From: Azolla caroliniana | Taxonomy: Eukaryota; Plantae; Polypodiophyta | Length of the DNA stretch: 64,000 nucleotides | Direction of reading: 5' to 3' | NCBI GenBank assembly: GCA_043228905.1 | Contig: JBHGNT010000003.1 | Coordinates: 3,658,001 to 3,722,000, forward strand | Shown: in pieces, positions 49,747-64,000 of the stretch | Layout of the letters: each line of letters opens with the position of its first letter | How positions within the stretch are numbered: position 1 is the stretch's first letter | Notes under the pieces: generated by a model | Databases searched by the model: none | What the model saw: only the letters and a program-made list of their open reading frames with translations | Told to the model about the DNA's origin: nothing | Position numbers and translations under genes: made by a program

Positions 49747-52700
49747 ATGGCAACATCATACCATATCAATAATATTAACACAACCAATACCAATACCAAT
49801 AGCCATAGACAGAGACCAAGCTCACCATACAATCCAACCTCTGTGGATGGACTTATACCTGGACATCCCTCAAATCCCTCAGCCATCCACCACCACCAAC
49901 ACCATCATCACAATTCCTCTGTTTCTCCTTCTAACTCTAGCTTTAACTCTTCAATCCTTGGAAGAGATACAGCTCTCACTCTGCCCACCGGGGTTCGATC
50001 CATGACTCCCACTACCTTCAAGTTTAAGTTCAATGGCTCTTCTCCTCCTCCTCATTCTCCACATCCTCCTCCATCTACTTCTTCTCCAAATAGTTTCACT
50101 TCTAATGGACCAAGTTCAAATTTGTTGGGGTTTCAAGCATCTAGAGGTGTTGGGGGTGGAAGTGATAATGCTAAAGAGAATGTTGTTGTTACTGTTCGAT
50201 TCCGACCTTTAAGGTTGTCCTTGTTCATTTTCTAACTGAAGAGTTTGATTCCTACATTTTGCCTTGGCATCTTTCCGCTTAGATTTCATTCATACATTTA
50301 GGTACACTTTTAGGTTTGGGTCATAGATTAAGGTAGACTTCTACTTTACTTAGATTTTGATTCATATACTGAGGTAAAACTCGTTCTTTTAAGTGAGTTT
50401 GGTTCATACCATAAACCCTAAATCCGAGTTAGATTCATACATCAAGATAGCTGTTTAGATTTCATCCATACATTATGATAAAGGAAGTACATACAGCTAG
50501 AAGCACGCGTTTTAGAAATGCTGGTAGTTTTGAATGAATTTAAGATGTGATCAAAGAGTTTAAGATCTATTACCTCTTCTGCATATACAAGGGGTATAAT
50601 TCCGATCCCACTTGATATCAATGGTGTGATTGGCAAGAAAAGCAGATTTAATGTGCAAAATTCTGCTTCCAAATTTTACTTAACATGAATCAATATATAT
50701 AGTGTGATCAATTGATGCAATCTAAGATACAACCTGAGAATAATTAATGGATCGATAAATAAGACTTAGATGAAATGTGTAAAAACATTTAGATTGTTTT
50801 CTTCCTCAAGAAGGTACATTATGGGGCTACCTAGCAAGATTGATACTGATCATATACATAATCATCAAGTTACTTGGATCTCTTGGAAATCCTTGATTAA
50901 GTAGATACTAATAGATCCAGATCTTGTCTTGCCAGTCTGAGGGAGATCCAAAAAGGCGACGAGATAGCATGGTATGCGGATGGAGATACGACAGTTCGCA
51001 GTGAATACAACCCTTCAAGTGCATATGGATTTGGTGAGTTTCTCGACTATACCTAAATTTTTTCAATATAACTGCCTCAATATGCTATGGCACCGGAAAT
51101 TAAATGGTAGACAACCTAAGATTGATGGACTGGACTGGGGTTCAGGGATGACCTTTGTGGTTTGAACATGATGATGAACATAGCTAATCGCCGTGATATA
51201 GACAATGGTTTTTGAATGGCTAGGGCTACTCTCTTTCTGATATAGAGAAAATTCTATAGAGGCATATCTATGGTTGGTTGGTGAATTTATCCACTTTGCT
51301 GATTGGCGCCGAGTTGATTTGCTCCTTAAGGAGTGGTGTACTTTGGAGACTTCATTTTTTTATTTACTGAGAAGAATCAAGGAATATAAGTACATGGATC
51401 AATCGGCACAATTTATCCATTCTAACCAATGTGAATTTGCATTCAGATCGGGTTTTTGGCCCAGCTACAACAACAAAAGCTGTGTACGATACTGCTGCAA
51501 AGCAAGTTGTTCGTGGTGCAATGGAAGGCGTAAATGGTATGATCATAAGTTTTAGCATGGTTTTTGTAATAGAGTAGATGTAGGAGATGCCAGAAATTTT
51601 TATTGAAGGTTAATGTTCAAAAGTGTGGCCCCAGATAACCATATAAAATGCTTTCTAATTTGTGGCAGGAACTGTTTTTGCATATGGAGTTACAAGCAGT
51701 GGAAAGACACACACCATGCATGTAAGGCCTAAATGCTATTTGCTTTTGGAGTCAGTAGTACAATTGTTTTTTTAGTTTTTACCTTTTATTGTAAGTTTCA
51801 GTTCTCAATGATCCACCTTGCTCATGAACGAATAGATTCCTTTATATGATTGAATTACTAGTTGATCAAGGCTTCATGACTAAGCTTATAAGTTATCCTA
51901 TTTATCTTGTAGATGCCTAAAATGCAAATTGGGTATTGATGGCAGGGTGATCAAAGATCCCCAGGCATAATACCTTTGGCTGTAAAAGATGTTTTCAACA
52001 TCATTCAAGATGTATATTACACAAAACCCTCTGAATCCCGATGTCAAATTCTTTTATGGAAAGTGTCAAATTGGATTTTTAAAATCCAATCGTTTGGTTA
52101 TTGCGTACAGACACCAGGTAGAGAATATCTTCTTCGAGTCTCCTACTTGGAAATCTACAATGAGGTAAGTAGAGGGAACCAAATCAATTTTCTGAAATTT
52201 TCACTTGGAAAGTAAAAGGTCCTTGTTGATGGAGGCTCTCAGAATTTCGATAATTCATGCTCATGTAGATCATCAATGACTTGTTAGATCCAGCCGGACA
52301 AAATCTTCGGATAAGGGAGGATTCACAGGTAAGAGTCATGTGAATAGCTGGAAAAAGCATGTACATTACACTTGCACCACAAAAGTTTTAACAGACAACC
52401 TCTTTTTTACATTCTTTTACCAGGGAACCTATGTGGAAGGTGTTAAAGAGGAAGTTGTTCTATCTCCGGCACATGCTCTTTCATTGATTGCAGCTGGAGA
52501 AGGTATTAAAAATCAAGGGGTTACAAAATCGTAGGATTCTCTTGTACATCTTTATACATTTCAGACTATAAAAAAGTTTTAACATTCGGATATTTTATAT
52601 TTTTTCTGAATGTAGAACATCGTCATGTTGGTTCGAACAATTTTAACTTGCTCAGTAGTCGGAGTCATACAATCTTCACGTTGGTAATGTTTTATTCTCA

Positions 52701-55700
52701 GTATGTAAATGGTGGCCCAAATTTTGGGTTGATAACACTCATTATGTTTTAACCTTTTGATCAGACAATTGAGAGTAGTGCTCGGACAGGAGACTCTTAT
52801 GATGATGAGATTTCACTCTCACAACTGGTATTTATCTACTGACTTATATTTTTTGGTATTTGCAAAGAAACTAAGGCTTCCTCTTGGAATGTATAAATAT
52901 ATGTTGTCGTTGCAACTGTGCTTGAACATGCCTCAGATTTGGTTCACAGTATAATATATTGCTATCATTGGAATGAATTATTATATATTGTAAAAGATTT
53001 TATTACTTTTATTTTAATTTTGATCTAGTTTATTTTGTTCTATTTGCAGAATCTGATTGATCTGGCAGGATCAGAGAGCTCGAAAACAGAAACTACTGGA
53101 CTCAGAAGAAAAGAAGGATCCTATATCAATAAGAGTTTGTTGACACTTGGCACAGTGAGCTATTCCTTTACCGTGTCTTTTCCATTAATGGTTTCTTTTG
53201 ATCCAAAAAACCATTGACTTGTGGTGATCTCAACCTTATTTTTCCTTATATATATAAAATATAGGTCATAGGGAAACTAAGTGAAGGAAAAGCTTCACAT
53301 GTTCCTTTCCGGGACTCCAAGTTGACTCGATTGTTGCAATCATCTCTAAGTGGCTATGGCCGTGTGTCGGTAATGTATTCATATATATCTTTCTCTCTTC
53401 TCAACGTGTTTTTAAAAACGTTTATTAATTCATGCCAAAACCCTAGAATCATATTCGAAGCATTTCTTCTTTTTTACAGTTGATTTGCACTCTAACTCCA
53501 GCATCCAGTAACATTGAGGAGACACACAACACTTTGAAGTTTGCTCATAGAGCCAAAAGAGTGGCAATTTATGCAGCTCCGAATCGAGTGAGACATCAAA
53601 CCATTTTACATAACTCCTAGTAAAATGTATATTCATAATACAAGTTTTCTGTTTTATGAAACCGAGTTTGAATATTTTCTTCTACTTTTTCTGTCTGAAG
53701 ATAATGGATGAGAAATCTCTCATAAAAAAGTATCAGAAAGAGATTTACAGTCTGAAGCAAGAGTTAGATCAAATGAAGAGGGGCATGTTTGATAAATCAT
53801 ACCACAATAATGGTAATACACACGAAGATCTACTTTCACTTCGCCAACAGGTTCGTGGTTCTAGTATTTGAAGTTCATGTTTTTTAAGTAAATAAATTTG
53901 CTCTTGTTGTTGGATTTTGAAACTTATGTATGAATGTTGAGTGTAAATTAACTTATTCCTACATTGTTCATAATGCAGCTAGAGGCAGGACAAGTGAAGC
54001 TTCAATCGAGGTTGGAGGAAGAAGAACAAGCAAAATCAGCTCTACTAGGTAGAATTCAGAGGCTTACAAAGTTAATCTTGGTATCCACCAAAACTACTAT
54101 ACCACAAGAGCCTGAAAAACCCATTCATAGAAGATGCCACTCATTCGGAGAGGAAGATGTAAGTTTTCGTAGCTTTTTTCCCTTAGTGCATGTGTTTCAT
54201 ATATGATGGGGAAGAAGTGGGGAGAAGAAGATCACTATGATCTTAGGCATATGTGAACATTGATTGAAAACACTCTGATTCTGAGCAACTATAATCATAG
54301 ATAGGTTGAGAGATTAATGAAATACACCTAGGATATCAGAACTACTATTTCCTATAAGATCCATCCAGCATATATCGTATTCATAGTTCAACTAGATCTT
54401 AGTGGTAGGAAAGTCTTTAATAATTGAACTTCCCTCATGATAGATGGCCCATTTTCCAGCTTTGACCACAGAGTCCATAAGTTATCCATAGCTTGCGGCT
54501 CTCTGGTAACTCACCTTCTCAAAGGTCTGGGATCTTATCCTTGTACTAATATCTTATAAGGCCACCATTTCCTTTTATGCCAATTGAATATGGGCCTCCC
54601 ATCCTAGATCAATAAGAGGAAGAGAATATTGGTTTACTAGATCAAGGACAGGAAGAGCCTCATTGAGCCTCTTCATCATAAATTTGATACATTTGTTTTT
54701 TGCTTAGGTGATGACCTCTTTTTCCTTATGATGTTTATTTACTCCTAAACGAGAGATGTAGTTGAATACTCTTTTCTTGTTCCAGCTGAAATATCTTGGC
54801 GCAAAGAGGCACGAGCTTGGATTGGATTTTGATGATGATGATGATGGTGGCGGTTCGGTCGGGCATCCCCAAGAATCATCATTTGAAGGAAAGCTTGATG
54901 GAGACGAGGTTGCAAAAGAAGACAAGAAGAACAAGCGGCGTGGTATGCTGGGATGGTTCAAGCTCCTGGTGATTAACAATCCCTCTATATTGTTGAGCTA
55001 TTAGCTGGCATGTTTGTTTGTTGGTTGGGTCTATCACGATAACTTCCGTCTTTTCTTTTAAAATAATGTGCAGAGAAATGGGAATCTAAATCCCTCTTCA
55101 ATGAGTATGGATGCTGATGTTTCACCAAGTGAGTCTCCATCCCAGAATGGGATGAGCATGGATAGAAGGAGGTCTTTGAGCCGGAAAAATTATGAAAATG
55201 CATCAGGATTTGATTCTTTTCCTCAGTTCACACAAGCTGGTGAACTGTTTAGTGCAACTATACATGGTCGGAGGCCAGCACCTGTAAGTCCCATTCATCA
55301 TCCACACTTTAAATAGAGATAGCATTACTTCATGTTTTCCACTTCTTTTGAAAATGAAGAACAAATACATAGCATATTTTATTTATTATAAATACAAATC
55401 TTGACAACATTGAAGTGTATCGATGAGTAATTGGATTGAAGTTGATTTCCATACATCAGATATGCATATATTCACTTTATTTATTAACAAAAACTTTTAG
55501 ACTGGAGAGACAGTGGCTGACCAAATGGATCTTCTAAGGGAGCAAGCAAAAATGCTAGCAGGGGAGGTGGGATTTTGCACTAGCTCATTGAAGAGAATGT
55601 CAGAACAGGCATCAATCAATCCTGATGATGCGCAGTTTCAAGTATATACGCTTTTTCTCAGAGAATTAAGAATACATCTAATTGCCTATAGTTTACTTTG

Positions 55701-58700
55701 TCAGTTTTTCTGAACATCCTTTTTTTCCTTTTGTGCTCAATACAGGCTCAGATGGAGAAAATGAAGAATGAGATTCAAGAAAAGAGGCATCAGATAGAGA
55801 TCCTTGAGCGGCGTATTCTAGCTGCTAGTCAAGCAGCTTTGAACAATGCCTCTCCTGTTGAGATGTCACAGGTAACGCCAAATGGGAAAAGATTTCCATT
55901 TCATTGAGAATCATCTATTTCATTCCAAAGGATTTTGGCAACAACTACTTTGCAAAGGCTATAAACATTTTCTTAGATATTTTCTTTTACTGTTTCAGAC
56001 CATCTCAAAGTTGATGGGTCAATTGAATGAGAAACAGTTTGAATTGGAGGTAATAAATTCTATATTAATGATATTTATGTTTCCTGTAAAAAACTCCAGA
56101 TGTTTGTAGTAGTTCCTATTTGTCTCATACTTTATTCTTATTTATTCAGTTAAAGACTGCTGATAACAGAATTCTCCAAGAGCAGTTGCAAACAAAGGTA
56201 AAAGTCATTGGCAGCCGAGAGGCAAGACCAACCAAGCACAATTATATATATGCAGCTATGTATAAATATTTATATAATAATCACTAAGGGTGACTTCAAG
56301 AGAAGTTTTCTATTGCAGACTTCCGAGATAAAGCAGTTGCAAGACATGATAACAACAATGCAACAACAGTCTACTCTTGTTGAAGAAGACTCTACAAATA
56401 TGAACAGTGGTTACTACCAGAGACTGTCAAATGCAAGGCCATTGAACTCTGCTAAAATATCAAGTGATATGGAAACTGATGTCCTACAAAGCAATAAGCT
56501 GAGGCCAATATCAGATTCAAAATTACAGACTCAAGTACTCAAACAGGTTTTTTTCAGAACTTATGTCTTTATTGGTTTTCTTGTAGAAAGAAAGTCAATG
56601 TGTCAATCTTGTACATCCATCTTTTCTTTAAGAGAAAACTAATTGTGTGCATGATCTCTAAAATTATGAAGAGTTTTTATGATGAATGTTAAACCTGTAC
56701 TTCGGAACTGTTGCAAACCACCAACATTACCATTACAGTATCTCGTATTTATATATTTGCATTTTTTTGGAATTTCAAAATAAGGTTGCATCAGAATATC
56801 TAAAAAGCTTTGTATGATGTAGAAATGTCAATGCTGTATCGTTCTGCTACTATTTGTGTCATTAAAAGTAACCTTGCTAATCTATGCCATAAACAGTGGA
56901 AATTTCTGTTTAATGATGTATAGAAGGCAAATATTGTGCATTACCATCTAGAAATTTGTCTTATTAAGAGTGGATCGCGAAACTCAAGAAGTAATGCTTA
57001 ACAGGCAGCTGAAATCGAAAGGCTCGAGCAGGAGAAAGACAACTTGATGGAAGAGAATGGTGGTCTACAGATACAAGGCTTAAAGCTAGCGGAGGAGGCA
57101 TCATATGCTAAAGAATTGGCATCGGCTGCAGCAGTTGAGCTCAAAAATCTAGCAGAGGAAGTTAAGAAGCTCTCTTTACAAAATTCTCAGCTTACAAATG
57201 AACTGATTGCTGTTCAAGAGGCCTCCTTCTCCAGATTGTCTAACAACCCTTCTACAAATGGTGGCTATGCTAAGGTGAGCCATGTGAAACTGACCCAAGA
57301 AAGGGCATGGACTGGTAGGGATGTCGATGATGATGTGGCGGACTTTGATTCATGGGAGCTTGATCCAGATGATGTGAAAATGGAACTTAAGGCAAGGAAA
57401 GAGAGGGAAAAGAACTTAGAGGCTGCTCTTTTGGACAAAGAGCAAATTGAAACAGAGTTACGGAAAAAGCTCGAAGAAGCCAAACAAAGGGAAGCGAACT
57501 TAGAGAATGATTTAGCTGGGATGTGGGTTGTTGTAGCTCAGCTAAAAATGGAAAAGCGAACTTCAGAGTTGGAAGTTGATGAGAATGCTAATCGCAGTAA
57601 GGGTGCTGACACGCATAGGTCTGTAGAAGAATTGCAATGCATCCTGGAAGAGGAAAAGCAGAGGAGTTCAGAGCTCAAAAAGCTGATTTCTAGGTTGAAG
57701 GTAATACAAAAGTTTGAAAATTTGGAAGTTTGTTTTCTGTGCGTGTGTTGGGCTTCACTCTGAAATGCAAAACATATACCCATTGGAGAGCTAGACATAA
57801 GACATCATAACCATCAGACGCTGAATGATGATGGCATCAAACTTTTCACATAAACAAATTGCATTTAATGATGTAGAAATAGGTATAGCGTGGTCTTTTT
57901 AGTCTTCAATATTTTCTATATACTATAGCAAGGAAGTTGTAGCAAGAAGACACATGAAAAAGTGATGAGGTTAATGTTCCATATCAGGTCAGTAGTTAAT
58001 CTTTTAGGCACACGAAAACAAAACACATTTTCACAATCAAGTCTATAATCTTTTGTATTGTGGAACTTCTTGTGCAAATCCTTGTGGTATCGAAAAACCC
58101 GTATTAAACAATGGAGGGAGTGGTATTGATCATTGTTACTTTTCTTTTCAGGGTGAAGAGTTAGAAGGCCTTCCCTTTTCTACTCTTGAAGAACTCCAAA
58201 GCCTACACATGGATGCTCTCACAAAGTTGTGCCAAGCCAAGGTTCTCTCACACTCTATCTCAGAGGCATATCATCATCATCATTATTATCTCTCTGACAT
58301 TTGATCACATTTGAATTTGGTTTCTCCAAATTTTTAACGTTGATCTATCAGTAACTTTTCTCTGTATGCCACAATGTGGTGTTCTTAATTGCAACATTTA
58401 TCAGTAAAATTCTTGAGCAGAGTCTAAGAGTCAGTTACCAATGTACAACAGAACAATGAAGTTGTGTTTTCTTCCAATCAATGATGATTTTTTTTCTATT
58501 TCATCTGATGCAGGCTAAAGGACGAGAAACTGGATGGCCTGCCAGCCTTGAGAAACAACCTGAGGAGAGACATGGCCATATTTGTAAAGTATGTTTCGAA
58601 GCACCGACAGCCGCAGTTCTACTTCCTTGTAGACATTTTTGCTGTAAGTTTTATTCCATTATATTGTTCCAGACATACATTTTTTTTATCACAATTGAAT

Positions 58701-59351
58701 ACAAACCACTTTTGGGGGGTTTTTCTCTTCGTTTTGCTCTCATATGTGTTGGTGTATATCACTCTTTTTTCCCCTTCTTCTATCTTTGTTGATGTGATCA
58801 TATTGAATGCAAAAACACAAATTTCTGTTTGTTGTTTATCACAGCATGATCATGATGTGATTGACACATGACATTTTTTTCTATGATTGAATTGCATACC
58901 AATTTTTTTTATATTCTACTGGTGAACATGATTAAATACATAACCACTTTTCTTTATGTGATTGAAATATATGATACTTTGTTATCATTGAATTACATAC
59001 CCATACCACATCTCAATGCACTTTGTGTCCTAAGTTTAGCAATGTGGATCATGATTGATTACAAAACATAATCTACTTTCGCTCTATGTATATATGATAA
59101 CCACTTTTCTTTATGTGATTGAAATATTTGATACTTTGTTATCATTGAATTACATACCACATCTCTGTCTTAAGTTTAGCAATGTGAATCATGACTGATT
59201 ACAAAACAAAATATACTTTCTCTCTGTGTATATAGATGTTAGATGTGGATGTTTTTTTCTTGCAGTGTGCAAACCATGTGCTGTGGCATGTACAGAGTGT
59301 CCACTTTGTAGAAGTGGAATTGCAGACAGGATTATTACATTTACTTCTTAA
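49747..59351 (+). CDS. KIN7: Kinesin-7 (CENP-E-like; plant KIN7C/D/E/K, MKRP-type) with a C-terminal RING finger. 26 exons: 49747-50213, 50936-51033, 51447-51536, 51669-51721, 51946-52011, 52111-52164, 52269-52328, 52424-52502, 52616-52683, 52765-52827, 53050-53154, 53265-53369, 53480-53587, 53701-53850, 53979-54158, 54786-54968, 55074-55283, 55501-55641, 55746-55871, 55999-56049, 56150-56197, 56319-56546, 57005-57700, 58152-58241, 58514-58643, 59266-59351
   Basis: Motor motifs [69 protein letters not shown]; coiled coils with [23 protein letters not shown]; RING CKVCFE...[23 protein letters not shown]. All introns are GT-AG. Confidence 0.95.
58941..59215. repeat. Tandem duplication (about 157 bp period) in the last kinesin intron
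   Basis: taaccacttttctttatgtgattgaaatat...gattacaaaaca occurs twice. Confidence 0.85.
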
Positions 59352-62300
59352 ATCAATCAAAATCAAGCCTATGTATATATATAACAATGAGAGGTATATT
59401 GTGTTGTATCCTTTGCTCTGTTTTCTCTTTTTCTTCACTCTCTATTCCATCTTTTGCTATATTAACAACTTTCTCTGGCCTTATAAAAGCAGAGCAAAAG
59501 CCCTACAGGAAAGACAAAGTTATATTTATATATAACACTGTTTTGTGAGTATAACCACACACACACACAATCATGTGTGCTTGTATAAATACATATACAT
59601 ATATACAGATACAGATACAGATAACATCCTCATTTTCCCCCCACCCCTATGTATTCATTCTTTCATTGTTATCTTCTTGAATGAAGTTTTTTCATCATTA
59701 TTTAAAATTGTCTCATGTTTAATCTCATCTTGGTTTGCTTTTTCTTTTTGCTATTGCTACTACCTACCATCCATTTCTTCACACCAGAATCATAGTCGAT
59801 TATTTGGCATAATTGTTGAGAAAGGAAACGGATGGTTGCCAATTTGATAGTTAAGTAACAAGACACAACATTGTTATGATCCGTTCCATTACAGTTTAAA
59901 TGAAATGGACGGGTGTCGAATATGATGCTAACCAAAATATGGGTCGCATTTAGTTAGAATTTGAAAAAGCATATGATTACTCATTTTTGGGGGGTTTGTC
60001 CTCATATTATATTATGCTGCTCAATGGTAGCATTAAACAAGCCACACCATTGTATATTCAAGTTGGGCATTATTTATTTGAGTGCTCATTGGCTGCATTG
60101 TTTGGTTATTGCCACCCACCCTAGTCTAAAGATGTTGCATAATATTGTGATTGAAGATGAGTTGGTTGATTTAATGCTACAGTCTAGGAAACCATTGATT
60201 GCACATGCCCTTGCAAATGATTCCTTTATCTAATTGTGTGCTTATAAGTATAGTATTTGTAAGTGTTTGTTGTAATGTGACTATATGCTTTGGCCTGGGG
60301 CTTTAGAATAATTTTGTGCAACAAGTATTTCTAACCCAAGTTCCAACATTCCATACGGTCAATGTAGTAAATCAATGAGATTTGAACCTATGAGATTTGT
60401 ACAAAGGTGTGTTCGCTAATGAGAGTGTCTCACTAGGACACAAGCTTGACACAACAAAAAGAGAGTGAATGGGGAAAGTGAGAAAGGTCAAAGACAGAGA
60501 CTATTGAGATCTGAACCTCAATCGTGAGTCAATAAAAAATGGTTTGGTGATACAATATAGTAAAGCATGGATGTATGAACCGAAATTCTTCAAATTTAAG
60601 CAAACTTAAATTGTATGGAATTACTAGTTTGTTTTGTTTTATATCATTAAACTAGCTATTTAAATCTATGGTTTATGCAATAACAAATGTTGAATAATTG
60701 CTAATTAAAATGCGTGTAGTTTCTTGATAAAGATCCAGAAAAAGACACGTTGAATGAGTAAGACAATCCTCGTTGTAATCTACACCGTAGTTCATGAGAT
60801 TGCCATCAAAACATATCTAGGATATTAGATTTCCCAAATCCAACATGGAAATATTCAAAATCAACTCTACATCTAAAGAGTAGCACCCATTGATTAGGCT
60901 TTTTGCTATTACGGTTCCATAAATTGAAGTTTACAGTTGTACATTGATGCAACTCAAAGCCAACATTGCAACAATAGATTATGCATTGTGCTTTCGTGTC
61001 TCCATACACATTGAAGCTATATTCAATTATGCAAGCTCCCCATTGTAAATTCTGGCTAGAATGACTCATCCCAAAGTAAAAACACATGAAATTAAAATAC
61101 CACTATTGTGTCTCTTTTAGATATTTGAAGGTCACGAAAAATAAAAGGTACTTTTCAGTGGTTGCACTGATGTAAACCATTTGGCTCCTAATTGAAGTTC
61201 ACCATCCCTAGTTTTACTACATCTCTAACAACCATTTTGGTAAGTACCCCCTCACAAAGAGTTTTAAACTACATATCTATCAAACATATAGCGTCCAAAT
61301 ATTTGACATATTTGTACATGGGAAGTGTCAAATAAGGGTTAAGCATATAATTTGTTCTAGCATCCTAACTATATGTGATTGAAATATTGTATCTTGTCTA
61401 GGATTAGAATTTTATTTTTTGTGAAAATTATTGGCATAAGGGTCCAATGTGAGCCTTTCAGACATCCGCATAAACCTTTGAATCATTATATAGGTTGTAA
61501 CTATGCCGAATGAATCCATATGTTTTTTGGATTTAACAAGAAGTAGAATTCCAAACCATCATGAAGTTTATTTTTGTAATACTTCAGTTAAAAATCAAAA
61601 TGATCTACTACATGAACACTTGTAGCTTCGTCCAAGACGTACATTTTATGAACTTTTGAAACATATTTTATGGTACATGGTGAGGTACAATAAAATGTTT
61701 CCCTTTATTTATGCATATGTTAGAACTTAGCCCTATGACTTTTTAATCTCTTTGATACATAATATATGCAATTGTTGGCCATATTGCTTATTTGACAAAA
61801 AATATTTTTTCCAATAAACAGATGCTATTTTTTTGTTTAAATCTCTAGCTTTTATCATTGATGTGCATGTGCCTGTTTTGTGTGTCAGTATTGCTTAAAT
61901 AAATTGATTGGCCATCATACTTCAAACTTGAGAAAAAAATCTTTAGAGGGAATAATTGTTTCTTGGAAGTAAAGTTCTACAAATGTGAGTAAAAGTAAAT
62001 CAATATATTGACATGAAGTTTGAACAATAAAAATAAAATAAGCACTAGGATTGCCAGTGATACTGTGGTTGATAAGTGTAGTAAAAATTGATACCCACTC
62101 CAACCACAAAAGACAAGTCTATTTATAAGTTCTTGTAAATGTGCACATTGCATATCTTTGCATATGCCATGTACGTTCATGAATTATAGCGTAAGAAATG
62201 GGGCTTGATCTTTATCGAAAACAATGATTGACCAAGAACTCCAAATCTTGGTGAAGATGCAAAAACAAGGCCACAAATGAAGCCACATGGGGTAGCAAGA

Positions 62301-63343
62301 TTAGATTTATAGTAGCGAGAAACTAGATGAATAAGACAAGTGTAGGATGGGTACAAAGACAATTGATTTATATCATCATTCAAAGTATGCCATAAATGTC
62401 ACTATCTTTAGTGTTGGGCCCCATTAACGAAAAGGGCCTACCCTTCTCCTTCTAACCCCTTTACTCATGGTATGTTGGAGATATGTTTTGTCTTCTTCCC
62501 TTTTATGTATTCCAAGGTTCTTTTTCGTCATGTTTAATAAATCTATCATCCCTACCAAGAACTTAATTGGGATGTTTCCAAACTCTTAAGCTACTTTCTA
62601 CATGACAATGAAGACCGGATATTTCTATGAGGCTACTTATCTATACTCGACATTTGCGCCCTTTTTGATATTTTGAAGAGAGGAAGATATATTGTCTTCA
62701 CTTTATGGAATGTGCATTGACCTATGGGCACGTAATTAGAATATTGTGAGTATAAAATCGATGTAAAATAAATCAAAGATAACAACAACAATGAGGATCG
62801 TTCTTTTGAAATATGTGAAGGAAAGCTAGATAAATCATCGATCATAGTGCTTATAATGTAACAAGTAAAGAGGATTTACTGTAAATCCTCTATATAACAT
62901 CTTCTAGCCTTAGAATTCTCTTAGAATTTGCACGCGCACTTAAATTCACTAATTTCTAGAATGCACACACTTCAATAAAGTCGTAAGCATAAGCATAATA
63001 GTGCGATATTGTAAATATGATAATAGAAACTCTTTCAACAATATGAATGACTCCATTATCATAGAGACAATGCTAATACAAGTCATTCAATTTTAGTTTT
63101 TATTAAAAATGAAGATAGACACCCTTCTAATCATATATGCATGTGATGCTAGAGCTTTCTCGTAAGGGGCATGAGGCTTTTCTTTTAGGACCAAGTATGT
63201 AGCATTACTTCCTACACTTAATGAAACTAATTTTTACAATCTATTGACACGTTAACATATTTGAAGGCTAAAGAGAAAATAAAACTTAATGAGCAAGTTA
63301 TGTAGAATCTCTCAATCATATAACATAGTTGTCATAAAAATAA

Positions 63344-63656
63344 GGGAAAAGTACCAAGATGCCCTTGGAAGTTCGTCTATTTACTAGAATGCCCCTAGAA
63401 GTTCCAAATTTACCAAACTACCCCTATGTCCAAAAAAATACACTTTATAAAGTAATTATACACTCAAATCTACAAGCCATATTTACCAAAATATCCTTAA
63501 ATCACAAATTTCTTTACTTAAGAGATTCTTTGGGTCCTTTGTACTTACTTTATAAAGTGTATTTTTTTGGACATAGGGGTAGTTTGGTAAATTTGGAATT
63601 TCCAGGGGCATTCTGGTAAATAGACAAACTTCCAGGGGTATCTTGGTACTTTTCCC
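63344..63656. mobile_element. Mutator-like (MULE) foldback MITE, 313 bp
   Basis: About 110-bp TIRs (GGGAAAAGTACCAAGAT...ACTTTATAAAGTAA / TTACTTTATAAAGT...ATCTTGGTACTTTTCCC), flanked by TAAAAATAA and TAAAAAATAA (a near-perfect 9-10 bp TSD). Confidence 0.88.
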
Positions 63657-64000
63657 TAAAAAATAATTGATTTCAATCAATTTCTCTATCAAACGAGCAA
63701 ATAAATATTTATAGGCTATTATAGCCCAAACCACATATGCCACCTTCACAAGATTCCAAGTCAACTATAATGTAATTTGAGGCCAATCTAATGTTCCTGA
63801 AGATTGAGAGTGCACACATACAAAGATCATGCTCTAATTAGTCGCTCTAGCAAGATATCACGACTAGTTTCTAGATCCTCCCATGTAATGAAGATACTCG
63901 TTCATTCATCATGCATTATCAAGTTGTTTCTTATCAAGCATTTTTTCAAATTAACTTTTACAATGTTAGTAATATACATTCTAAACTCTTTCTCGAGTTA

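Overview
Eukaryotic nuclear DNA from a land plant, AT-rich with short GT-AG introns. The very long PLS-type PPR gene, the LINE and gag remnants and the TORNADO1-like Roco gene suggest a fern or other seed-free vascular plant (inference). Intact genes: a 3-exon organellar ribosomal protein bL25/CTC (-, 11792-15781), tRNA-Gln(CTG) (+, 18087-18158), a 3-exon POLAR-family coiled-coil gene (-, 19588-23029), an intronless PLS-E PPR gene (-, 26527-29715) and a 26-exon kinesin-7 with a C-terminal RING finger (+, 49747-59351). There is also an LRR-less TORNADO1-like ROC-COR (Roco) GTPase gene (+, ~4124/4704-7528) whose P-loop is split by an intron and whose upstream 184-codon ORF is one nucleotide out of frame. 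The intergenic DNA holds LINE remnants, hAT- and Mutator-type MITEs with target-site duplications, a gypsy gag remnant, tandem repeats and microsatellites. A mosaic region (34.2-40.0 kb) carries orphan fragments of tRNase Z, SAC phosphatase and PPR genes. The most notable items are the Roco gene with its frameshifted N-terminal module and the gene-fragment mosaic.
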